The notes under the pieces: model-generated
What the model saw: only the letters and a program-made list of their open reading frames with translations
What the model was told of the DNA's origin: nothing
Database searches by the model: none
Origin: Dendrobates tinctorius
Taxonomy: Eukaryota
Direction of reading: 5' to 3'
Assembly (NCBI RefSeq): GCF_039654945.1
Contig: NW_027361715.1
Span: 10,292,001-10,356,000, forward strand
DNA: 64,000 bases
In this document: positions 54,701 through 64,000 of the stretch, one piece after another
Position numbering within the stretch: the stretch's first letter is position 1
Layout of the letters: each line of letters starts with the position of its first letter
Program-made: the position numbers and the translations under genes

Positions 54701-54862
54701 TAGTACAATATAAGGCTGACGACCTGTGCTCACTGCTGGATGGTGTCACCTCTGCATTACTGCTCTGAGTGGTGAGAGCGGGGCTGCGGTGGTGACTTCT
54801 TCCAGCTCGGTGGCCTTGCATTAGTAGTACAATATAAGGCTGACGACCTGTGCTCATTGCTG
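33782..54862. repeat. 124-bp tandem satellite, ~170 copies over ~21 kb, in the putative CHD9 intron
   Basis: Unit TGCTCACTGCTGGATGGTGTCACCTCTGCATTACTGCTCTGAGCGGTGAGAGCGGGGCTGCGGTGGTGACTTCTTCCAGCTCGGTGGCCTGGCATTAGTAGTACAATATAAGGCTGATGACCTG. ORF track recurs every 124 bp. Two 117-bp variant units are present. Confidence 0.99.
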
Positions 54863-55092
54863 CCGTCACCGCTAGTGTGAGATACAGTCTACTGAGCGAT
54901 TAGTCTATTCTTTTCATGTATGTTATAGTCCCCTCAGCTGTGTATCTAATCCTATCATGTGTAATATAGTCAGCTGAGCCAAGTATCCAATTCTGTCGCG
55001 TGATACAGTCCGTGTATCTAATCCTGTTGTGTGCCCCTGACCGCTGAGCTGTGTAATTGCTGTTATGTGAGCGCTGGGCTCACAGTGATATG

Positions 55093-55891
55093 TGTTATGA
55101 TTGAGTCACCGTAGGAGGCAAAAATAGAAATGCTAGCTAAGTCCAGAAAACCAGAGAAGTTGGCAGCTATCGGATTGCAGACCCCTGAACCTATCAACAC
55201 AACTAGCAGTAGCCGTGGGGGGTTCCTACGATGCCCTAGGCCCCTCGATCACAGCCGGAGGACTACATAGCCTAAAGACAGAAAGGGAAATCTAAACTGC
55301 CCCAGAGCAGACCCCAAAGCAAAAGGCAGCCCCCCACATATAATGACGGTGAAGCAAGTAGAAAGAACAAAACACAGACAGAAAGATAGACTGAACAAAG
55401 ATGGGGCTCAAGCCAGCTTAGATAGGAAAGGACAGGAAGGCTGCTGTCTGCAATCCGTGAAAAACCCTATGAAAATAAGAGCCATCAAACTGACAGTAAA
55501 AAAGGCCCTGAAGACGCTAGGCTTCAAAAAAGGCTGTGTCAGTACTCAGGAATATTGTGAAGACAGAGCAACAGGCAAAAGGAGATTCAGCTCACCCCAG
55601 CAGGGAATGGCAGAATCCAGAAAAACAAGGAAAACAAAACACTAATGCAAAAAGGCAAAGCAGAAATCTTAGCTTTAGATGAGCAGGAATCAGACTGGTT
55701 TCCTAGAAGTCCACAGAGAAATCACCCGCAGGCCAGAAGGGCGTCGGCAGCCTTATATCCAGTCATTAACTCCACTCAGCCAGTCATCATCATCAGCCCC
55801 AGGTGTTTGACCATCAGGCTCACTACCTTTCTTCACCAGAAGAGGGAGTTCCTCGGGCCTCAGTAGTGAAGGGGAAAATGAACTCACAACA
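55093..55891. mobile_element. Solo LTR (799 bp)
   Basis: Starts TGTTATGA and ends TCACAACA (imperfect inverted termini). GATATG lies immediately on both sides (55087-55092, 55892-55897). No internal coding domain. Confidence 0.8.
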
Positions 55892-56943
55892 GATATGACT
55901 GCGCCTCTCAGATCTCTGTAAGGACCAGTCTCTGCACTGTGATCCTAAACATCATCCTCCCTTATCTTTTTGCAAACGCCCACAAGAGGAGGAGACATCA
56001 GACCAATCAGCATATCCCGCCCACTTTTACTGCAGTCGTAATGCGAGCCTGCAGTTCATTGTTTTTTAAAAAAATGTGAGCAGCTGCTCCCCCTAGTGTT
56101 TAAAAGTGGAAAATATCACAATTTGTATAATCATTTTTCATATTTTCTGCTTCTAAAAAAAGAAATATTTTTTTAAAGTTGAAAACATTACCTTCAATTT
56201 TTTTTTTTATTTTGAATTTTTTTTTTGGATGACCCATAGTCTTGAAAGAGCACTTTTAATATACAGAATGACTGAAATACTTTATGTATTTTTTTTCTCC
56301 GATTCACAGTATGTAAGCAGCCATTACAGTTGGTCTATGACAAGCTTGTCAAAGGGGCTCTCTATACTGACACCTGCAGGTGGGAAGGGGGAGCTGCCTG
56401 ACCGAATAAAAATTGAAACCATCAGCAATAGAAATAAGTGCAAAAAACAGTATGATGCGTGGAGTTCAGGAAAGAAAAACAGAAAGCTGCTCCTCTGGTG
56501 TCAGAATAAGGCAGAATTCAGATGTCCAAGTATCGGGTGCGGATTACGATGCACAGACATATGAGGCTGTCAAGTTTAGGTCCGGAGACCCTCGGCCATT
56601 GTGTGCATCCAGGTTGATACGCGGGTTGTGATAAATGGATGTCTGAATTTGGTCTACAGGCATACTCATGTTTTAACGTAGAAGTAGAAAATCTGGAGAG
56701 CAAAAATAGCCCAAATAGGGTCTGAGCTGGTTAAAAACATGGGGTGCACCGCCGGGGAGAGGTACGCTCGCCTTGTTTTCTTGTAACTCAGCAATATGAA
56801 AAGCATGGATCAGCTGCTGCAGGACATGGGTCCAACAACCGAGGATAATGGTGAAACCGGGTGTATGTGTCCACATCTGCGCTGCTGATAAAGGTGGATG
56901 GCAGACGATATTCTTCAAAGCTTTATATAAAAACAGGCTAATA

Positions 56944-56985
56944 GTCAACGCGTTTCGGGGTCATGCACGACCGCTTCCTCAAGAC
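56944..56985 (-). ncRNA. Degenerate minimal hammerhead-ribozyme-like motif of Penelope-type element origin
   Basis: Minus strand GTC-TTGAGGA-AGCGGTCgtgcatGACCCC-GAAAC-GCGTT-GAC: CUGANGA-like core with C to U, a stem II, GAAA and a palindromic AACGCGTT stem III. Confidence 0.45.
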
Positions 56986-57199
56986 AAAACCTTCCAGCTT
57001 GATAAATGAATCCCACAAGAAAAAGTAAAGACAGGACTTCCACAACAAGGATAAAAGAGAGATGCAGGTTCCAGAAGGTATAAGAAGAGGCAGGAGAAAC
57101 CTTATCCATTTCTCTGGGTCCAATAATAATCCCAAGGGGCCCAAGCAGAGTCAAAACTATCCACTCTCGCTCTCATCCAAGGTTTTTAAGTTGCTGGCC

Positions 57200-58075
57200 C
57201 TCCTGAGGACAATTTAGCACCCGGTGTATATCCGAAAATAATCCTCTGGTTGATGTGACCCTTTTGCAATTCCTCTCAAAATCAGTAGATATAGACACCT
57301 TCCATAAAGCGAAAAGGCAAAATGTCTGATTTGCAAGTACTGGAGGAACTCTTTGTTAGAAATGGCAAATTTAGACTTGATGGTATCAAACGAAAGAAGC
57401 TCCAGCGTGTCCCCCTCTACCAGATCCGCAAACCTGAATAGTCCTGCAGAGATCCATGGATGGACCCTTGCAGAGTCCAGACTGCTCGGGAACAAAGTTT
57501 CATCTATGAAAGAGATCAGTGGTGAATTAGGGGCCGTCAGGGTATACGTTCCCATACATGTAGTCCAGACCTCCCTCGTGAACTGCATAGGGCCCAACAA
57601 AGAAACTGCTATTTTAGTGGATGTAGTTGACCACAGTCAAGTTCGGATGAAAAGGAACCTTCCATAATTTTTCTCTGTCCATTTGTTGTAAGCCCACAAT
57701 GAAGCCCATGAGGGGATCCTACGTAAATGAGCCGCTCAATAATATTTAAGAACATCCGGGACGGAAAGACCTCCCTGCGACTTATGGGAGGCAAGGGCAC
57801 GCTTGGATATTCGGTGAAGCTTATCATTCCAAATGAACCTCATTATGGCCGCCTGAAGGGCCTTAGGTTCACTCAGGGGAACCTGGACCGGTAGAGTTTC
57901 AAAGTAATATAGCATCTTGGGAAGGAGAGGCATTTTGACTGAAGCTATGCGGCCTATTAAAGAGAGCGAGAGCGGCATCCACCTATCCATCAGTCTCCTC
58001 AGCTCACCCAGAAGTGACGGGAAATTGCATGTATATAGGTTGCTCTTAAGAAGAAGACGGATTAACCCCTAATAG
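57200..58075 (-). mobile_element. L1/Tx1-clade LINE ORF2 fragment (post-RT region), degenerate
   Basis: RWMPLSLSLIGRIASVKMPLLPKMLYYFETLPV...FIWNDK...GGLSVPDVLKYY and FLQYLQIRHF are typical of fish/amphibian L1-like ORF2. Confidence 0.85.
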
Positions 58076-58114
58076 CTTCAGACTTCCTATTCACCGTGCT
58101 TTAACGTAGCCATA

Positions 58115-58809
58115 TCTATAATAATAAATGCCCTAAGCAACTTCCGGTTGTAACAACTTCCGTCCAGTTGTAACCGGTGACGTCACCGCACACCTCTTTC
58201 CATGTTAACCCTCAACACACACAGTCCTCTCACCTTTCACCATCTCCACTCACTCTTTCACTCCACATACGACCCTTTCTCTCACTCCGTCTCTCATACT
58301 CACGCCGTCATTGCCGCTGATCCACGATCCCCGACATCTTCTTCCGCCGGCGCCATCCTGGATGCAGGCGTCCTCCACGCAAGAACATGTCGCCGGCGAG
58401 GACGACGTCGGGATCCAAAATGGCGTCGGCGAAAACTCGCGAGATTTCGCCAACGCCATTTTGGATCCCGACGTCGTCCACGCCGGCGACATGTTCTTCC
58501 GGCGACACCATCTTGACTATTGCGGGATTTCACGATACTCAAGATGGCGTCGCCGCAAGAACATGTCGCCGGCGTGGACAACGTCTGGATCCAGGATGGC
58601 GCCGGCGGAAGAAGATGTCGGGGATCGTGGAGCAGCGGTGATGACGGCGTGAGTATGAGAGACGGAGTGAGAGAAGGGGTCGTATGTGGAGTGAAAGAGT
58701 GAGTGGAGATGGTGAAAGGTGAGAGGAGTGTGTGTGTTGAGGGTTAACATGGCAAGAGGTGTGATGCTATCGCATCCTCTCGATGCGATAGCATCGGGCC
58801 ATAATCTAG
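58115..58809 (+). mobile_element. Non-autonomous Helitron (695 bp) with a large internal palindrome
   Basis: 5' A|TCTATAATAATAA and 3' CTAG|T. A perfect 14-bp-stem hairpin GATGCTATCGCATC-ctctc-GATGCGATAGCATC (58763-58795) lies 10 nt before CTAG. No TSD; inserted between A and T. Confidence 0.85.
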
Positions 58810-58825
58810 TTAAAAATAAGATTGT

Positions 58826-59415
58826 ACAGTCGTGGCCAAAAGTTTTGAGACTGAGACAAATTTTGCTGCTTCATATTTTAGACGGCCCCTCACCCTGGCA
58901 ACTGGACATCCACTTCTGGGCCAAATCCTGACCGATGACGGCCCATTCTTGCCATTCTCAGGGCATGGAAGTTACTCCATTTTCTGTGTTTTTGTTTGGC
59001 TGCTTTTTGAGGTCTGGCCAGTGTTTCTCAATGAGATTAAGATCTGGAGAGGTTCCTGGCCATGGACCCAAAATTTCACTCTTTCCTAGCTTGCGAACGT
59101 ATTCACCCCCTTGGCTTTTTACCTATTTTGTTACGTTACAACCTGTGCTTAAATATTCTTGTGGTCTGATTTGTGTGTCAATGCATCACTACTGACTTTA
59201 GGGGGTGAATAGTTATGCACACTGAACCTTTCAGTTATTTTGTCCTATTTGTCGTTTGCTTCACAATTAAAAGAAAACCAAATGTTCGCAGTTGTAGGCA
59301 TGTTCTTTACATCAACCGATGGAAACCTTTAAAAAAACAGTGAAATTCCAGGTTGTGAGGTAGCAAAATGAAAAAAAAAGCAAAAAAGGAGTGAATACTT
59401 ACTCAAGCCACTGTA
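58826..59415. mobile_element. Internally deleted Tc1 fragments (one with the same TIR type as 24570-26128, followed by a second Tc1-like MITE)
   Basis: TACAGTCGTGGCCAAAAGTTTTGAG at ~58825; ttctcaatgagattaagatctggagag..ccatggacccaaaat is homologous to 24925-24975; the region ends ..gtgaatacttactcaagccactgTA. Confidence 0.65.
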
Positions 59416-59706
59416 GCTATTTATATATGTAATAAAATAAGTGATTGCACCGCTTGGTATATGAAAATGACCAGGGACCAGTCTGGTAGAGCGTTGCGAC
59501 CCCCAGGCTGTTTATGGCCATGTTAGTTGCAAGCACGCTCCCCTTACCGGGTACGTCAGCTTCAAAACACAGAATTCGGGGTTCTGGTGCAGTCTCTGGA
59601 GGAAGTAGGGCACAAAGCTCAGGAACAGCAGAGGTGAACATGTGATCTGGGAGTAGCATGAGGAGGTCAGGATACATTGGGGATTGTTCAGACAAGCTGA
59701 CTGTAA

Positions 59707-60001
59707 GGGTGTGTGCACACGCTGCGGATTCTGCTGCAGAATTTTCTACGTGGATTTGTCTAAATCCGCAGGTCAAAAGAGCTGCGGATTTGCCTGCGAT
59801 TTTCCCCTGCGGTTTGACACCTGTCATGGAGCAGGTGCCAAACCGCAGCGGAACCCGCACAAAGAAGTGACATGCTGCAGATTTAAAACCGCAGCAAAGC
59901 CGCGTGGGTAATTCCGCACCGTGGGCACTGTGGTTTTCATTTTACATTGCTTTTAATCCGCTGCGGATCCGCAGCAGAATCCACAGCGTGTGCACATACC
60001 C
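59707..60001. mobile_element. PIF/Harbinger-type MITE
   Basis: TIRs GGGTGTGTGCACACGCTGCGGATTCTGCTGC / GCAGCAGAATCCACAGCGTGTGCACATACCC with TAA on both sides. Confidence 0.8.
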
Positions 60002-60419
60002 TAACAGGTGTGCGCTGTCCATGTTACAGTCGGACAGTGCATGGATGAGTGTGGACTGTTCAGACTGTCATCATTGGTTGAGACTCACATGCTCGTCTAT
60101 GCATCGGATCCGATGTAGATCATCAGTGCGGCGGATTTGATTCTTACTGATACATTGCCATTATCAACCTAGCAATCTGTTCTTGGTTTGAACATTTTTA
60201 TTAAATGTTGATGGAACACAGATGACAATACAGTTGTAAAAATATGGACGACACACTAATGGAATACAGGTGACCATATGGATGAAAGTGTCTGTTATTT
60301 TCTGGATGAAAGAAGTGTGAGATGTGGCTCTATATTCTGGCCCTTGCCAGTCTGTGGCCGCCACTTACTACATCTGGAAGTGTAGTCAGCGAGCAGCTTC
60401 AGAATGTAGCTGGAGATCA

Positions 60420-61360
60420 GTGCGTGCCAGTACCCACACTGACTGCGTGCCGGTACCCACACAGACTGCGCCCTGGTATCAACACTGACTGCGTGGCAGT
60501 ACCCACACTGACTGCGTGCCAGTACCCACACTGACTGCGCCCTGGTATCAACACTGACTGCGTGGCGGTACCCACACTGACTGCGCCCTGGTATCCACAC
60601 TGACTGCGCTCAGGTACTCACACTGCGCGCCAGTACCCACACTGACTGCGCCCTGGTATCCACACTGACTGCGCTCAGGTACTCACACTGCGCGCCAGTA
60701 CCCACACTGACTACGCCCTGGTACCCACACTGAATGAGCGCCGGTACCCACACTGACTGGGTGCTGGTACCCACTTTGAATGAGCGCCGGTACCCACACT
60801 GACTGGGCGCTGGTACCCACACTGACTGCGCTTCTGCACCCACACTGACTGCGCCGGTACCCACACTGACTACACCCTGGTATCCACACTGAATGAGCGC
60901 TGGTACCCACACTGACTGCGTGCCGGTACCCACACTGTCTGCGTGCTGGTACCCACACTGACTGTATGCCGATACCCACACTGACTGCTCCCTGGTACCC
61001 ACACTGACTGGGCACTGGTACCCACATTGAATGAGCGCCGGTACCCACACTGACTGCACGCCGGTACCCACACTGACAACGCCCTGGTATCCACACTGAA
61101 TGAGCGCCGGTACCCACACTGACAGTGTACCGGTACCCACACTGACTGCGCCCTGGTACCCACACTGACTGCGCGTCGGTACCCACACTGATTGCGCCCT
61201 GGTACCCACACTGACTGCGCCCTGGGACCCACACTGACTGCGCGCCGGCACCCACACTGATTGCGCCCTGGTACCCACACTGATTGCGCCCTGGTACCCA
61301 CACTGACAGTGTACCGGTACCCACACTGACTGCGTGCTGGTACCTACACAGACTGCGCGC
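60420..61360. repeat. ~23-bp minisatellite (GGTACCCACACTGACTGCGCCCT and variants)
   Basis: Directly visible tandem units with small length variation. Confidence 0.93.
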
Positions 61361-61626
61361 ACACCACTAAGCTCCTCTGGTGTCGGAGCACACGCATGGG
61401 AATAAGTGTCTGAGTTAGAGGTGCTTGCTGTGAGAAAGCCAGCGCTGTTACCAAAGATGAGGGACCGTGCTGCATATGCAAATTGGAGGACGTAACCGTT
61501 CATCCAGACATTTAATTCATACGAATTAGTAAATTTATCTGCAACTACCACACTAAATTGTGTATTACTGGTATGATTTTTATAGGGGCTGAGTCCCCGA
61601 CATAGATGTTTGTGCCAAGTGTTTAA

Positions 61627-61953
61627 AGGGGTTATCTGGCCTTAGGGTACGAGTGTGTAGTCACCGTATGTGACTGATGACTTGTAATTCCTCACAGCGC
61701 TCGCGATTCTCTAGTTCTGTAACCGCAAGTATATGATTCACATACCGTACATGCGGTCTCATACCAACTAGACGTTCACGGCCTCCCTTGATGCAAATGT
61801 ACTGAGCTAGGCCGGACACGTCAAGTCGAAATGTTGTCTGATGTATGCAGACGGCTTCTGTGCGGTCACATGACTTTCCGCTCCTGGTGCCGATATCGGA
61901 GAATAAATCACATACAGTGACTGCTACTTGTACCCAAAGGCCGGACAACCCCT
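61627..61953. mobile_element. T2/Kolobok-type MITE
   Basis: TTAA-AGGGGTTATCTGGCC ... GGCCGGACAACCCCT-TTAA. A related fragment starts near 1192. Confidence 0.8.
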
Positions 61954-62841
61954 TTAAATTAACCCTTCTCTTTAGTTTGCTCAGTGTAATCCCAATGAAT
62001 CTGGAGACTGGAGTGGAGGTCGTGCGTGCACAGCACTGCGCCGTTCATGGTCTGTGGGGCTGCACACCGCTATCTCCGACGCGTCCATAGACGATGATTG
62101 AATCTCACGGCCCATGTTTCCCCTCCACTCCATTCCAATGGGGCTCTGCAGAGCCCAATTCTTGGGATTGGTGGCGATCCGATGGTTGGATCTTCAGAGA
62201 TCAGTACACAAACCCTTTACTAGTGGTTACAATCACAAATGGATTTGTTTCAGTTCTACTTGATTTTCTTCTGTTATCAGCCTTTCCAGGCAGTGATTTT
62301 AGCAGAATAATAATGGAAATTTCATAAAGTCACATAGAAAATCTGCATTGTAAATTGTTTAAAAACGAACGCATGGGCCATGCACACACAGTGAACAAGT
62401 CGGTAAGACACTGTTCACACCACCAAGAGACTGGAACACAGAGAAACACAGTACAACAAACGCGAAAAAATACTCTGCTGTACAAAAGTTCTAACAATGA
62501 ACAGCAAGTGCTAGTAAAAAGATGATAACAAAACAGGGTATTTACAGTAGTTGATACCTTTTTGGCAAAAAATGTATACTAAGCCGCTCTACCAAACGCC
62601 AAGGTATACCCATCAGAGCAGTCCTATCCAATGTATTTAAAACCTGACCATGTGAACAGTACCTATATGATCAGGGTTCAGAGATGCAATGTCTGATGTG
62701 GACATGCTGTGTGAGACCGCTTTATACAGTATGTGCATGGCCCACATGGGATGGGTGGAGACCTTCCAATGACTTGCAAAAGCAAGAAACCATTGGAATA
62801 AAAACGAACGCATTGTAAATTGTTTTCAGCTGTAAATGTAC

Positions 62842-64000
62842 AATCATAGAATCGTAGAGTTGGAAGGGACCTCCTGGGCCATCTGGTCCAACCCCCTGCT
62901 CAAAGCAGGATTCGCTAAATCATCCCAGTCAGATGTCTGTCCAACCTCTGTTTGAAGACTTCCATTGAAGGAGAACTCACCACTTCTCGTGGCAGCTTGT
63001 TCCACTCATTGATCACTCTAACTGTCAAAAAGTTTTTTTCTAATATCTAATCTGTGTCTCCTCCCATTCAGTTTCATCCCATTGCTTCTAGTCTTTCCTT
63101 GTGCAAATGAGAATAAAGATGATCCTTCTACAATGTGACAGCCCTTGAGATATTTGTAGACAGCTATTAAGTCTCCTCTCAGTCTTCTCTTCTGCAAGCT
63201 AAACATTCCCAAATCCTGCAACCTTTCCTCATAAGACAGGGTTTGCAGACCGGTTACCATTCTGGTCGCTCTTTTATCAACTTGCTCCAGTTTGTTGATG
63301 TCTTTTTTAAAATGTGGCGCCCAAAACTGGACACAGTATTCCAGATGAGGTCTGACCAAAGAGGAGTAGAGGGCAATAATGACTTCACGTGATCTAGACT
63401 GTATGCTTCTGTTAATACATCCTAGAATTGCATTTGCCTTTTTTGCTGCTGCATTACACTGTTGACTCATATTCAGTCTGTGATCTATCAGTATACCCAA
63501 GTCTTTTTCACATGTGCTGTTGCTTAGCTCTATTCCTACCATTCTGTATATGCTTTTTCATTTTTATTGCACCCAGATGTAGTACTTTGCATTTTTCCCT
63601 GTTGAAAACCATTCTGTTAGCTGCTGCCCACTTCTCCAGTTTATTTATATCTTTTTGAATCCTCTCTCTCTCTTCTCTAGTATTAGCTATCCCTCCTAGC
63701 TTTGTGTCATCAGCAAATTTAATCAGTTTTACCCTCAATTCTTTCATCTAAATCGTTGATAAAGATGTTCGCCCAGGACAGAGCCCTGTGGTACCCCACT
63801 TGAGACATTCTTCCAACTGGATGTGCAGCCATTTACGACCACTCTTTGGGTCCGATCACTAAGCCAGTTATGAATCCACCTAACAGTTGCCTTGTCCATT
63901 CCATACTTAGTCATTTTTTCAATAAGGATTGTGTGAGATACTTTGTCAAATGCTTTGCTGAAGTCAAGATATACTATATCTACCGCATTTCCCTGATGCA
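62842..64000 (-). mobile_element. CR1 LINE 3' part (RT C-terminus and 3' UTR), running off the window
   Basis: ORFs 63508-63747 (KFADDTKLGG, FNREKCKVLHLG) and 63018-63542 (EKDLGI, LYSSLVRPHLEYCVQFWAP, RRLRGDLIAVYKYLKG), plus a CR1-type terminal repeat. At least one frameshift. Confidence 0.95.

Noticed and set aside
33782-54862. Hammerhead ribozyme in the satellite (CTGATGA in nearly every unit, as in newt satellite 2)
   Set aside because: The consensus unit has no GAAA on either strand, so the catalytic core cannot form.
33782-54862. CRISPR array, 5S rRNA, tRNA or miR-427/430 cluster
   Set aside because: No unique spacers or cas genes and the context is eukaryotic. No similarity to 5S or a tRNA cloverleaf that I can recognise, and no AAGTGC seed.
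33815-54869. About 165 near-identical 72-121 aa ORFs suggesting a tandem gene family
   Set aside because: They overlap each other, recur at 124 bp (not a multiple of 3) and many begin at non-ATG codons. They are a by-product of the satellite.
60610-61551. 313-aa minus-strand ORF
   Set aside because: Almost entirely a translation of the ~23-bp minisatellite.
29017-64000. Further CHD9 coding exons
   Set aside because: No ORF resembles the Lys-rich segment I expect next, or the chromo/helicase domains. Exons shorter than the ORF-track cutoff cannot be excluded.

Overview
Repeat-rich vertebrate genomic DNA, most likely anuran (inferred from the CHD9 sequence and from the mix of T2/Kolobok-type MITEs, V-SINEs, CR1 and DD35E Tc1 elements). 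The window holds the 5' part of CHD9 on the + strand: a CpG-rich putative promoter and non-coding exon near 1.8-2.8 kb, and the large first coding exon at 27480-29016 (ATG 27601). No further CHD9 coding exon was recognised, so the rest is probably intronic. The introns contain five tandem arrays (33 bp, 39 bp, 13/15 bp, a ~21 kb array of a 124-bp unit with higher-order structure, and ~23 bp). They also contain a decayed Gmr1-like Gypsy element (protease followed directly by integrase, tRNA-Ala PBS, no RT), a near full-length DD35E Tc1/mariner, a non-autonomous Helitron with a ~575-bp CpG-rich palindrome, a solo LTR, L1-like and CR1 LINE fragments, V-SINEs, many MITEs and a Penelope-type hammerhead-like motif. 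Almost all long ORFs in the track other than CHD9 and the TE fragments are artefacts of tandem repeats. I found no convincing new multi-gene system; the best leads are listed as findings. All family assignments come from recalled motifs, not database searches.
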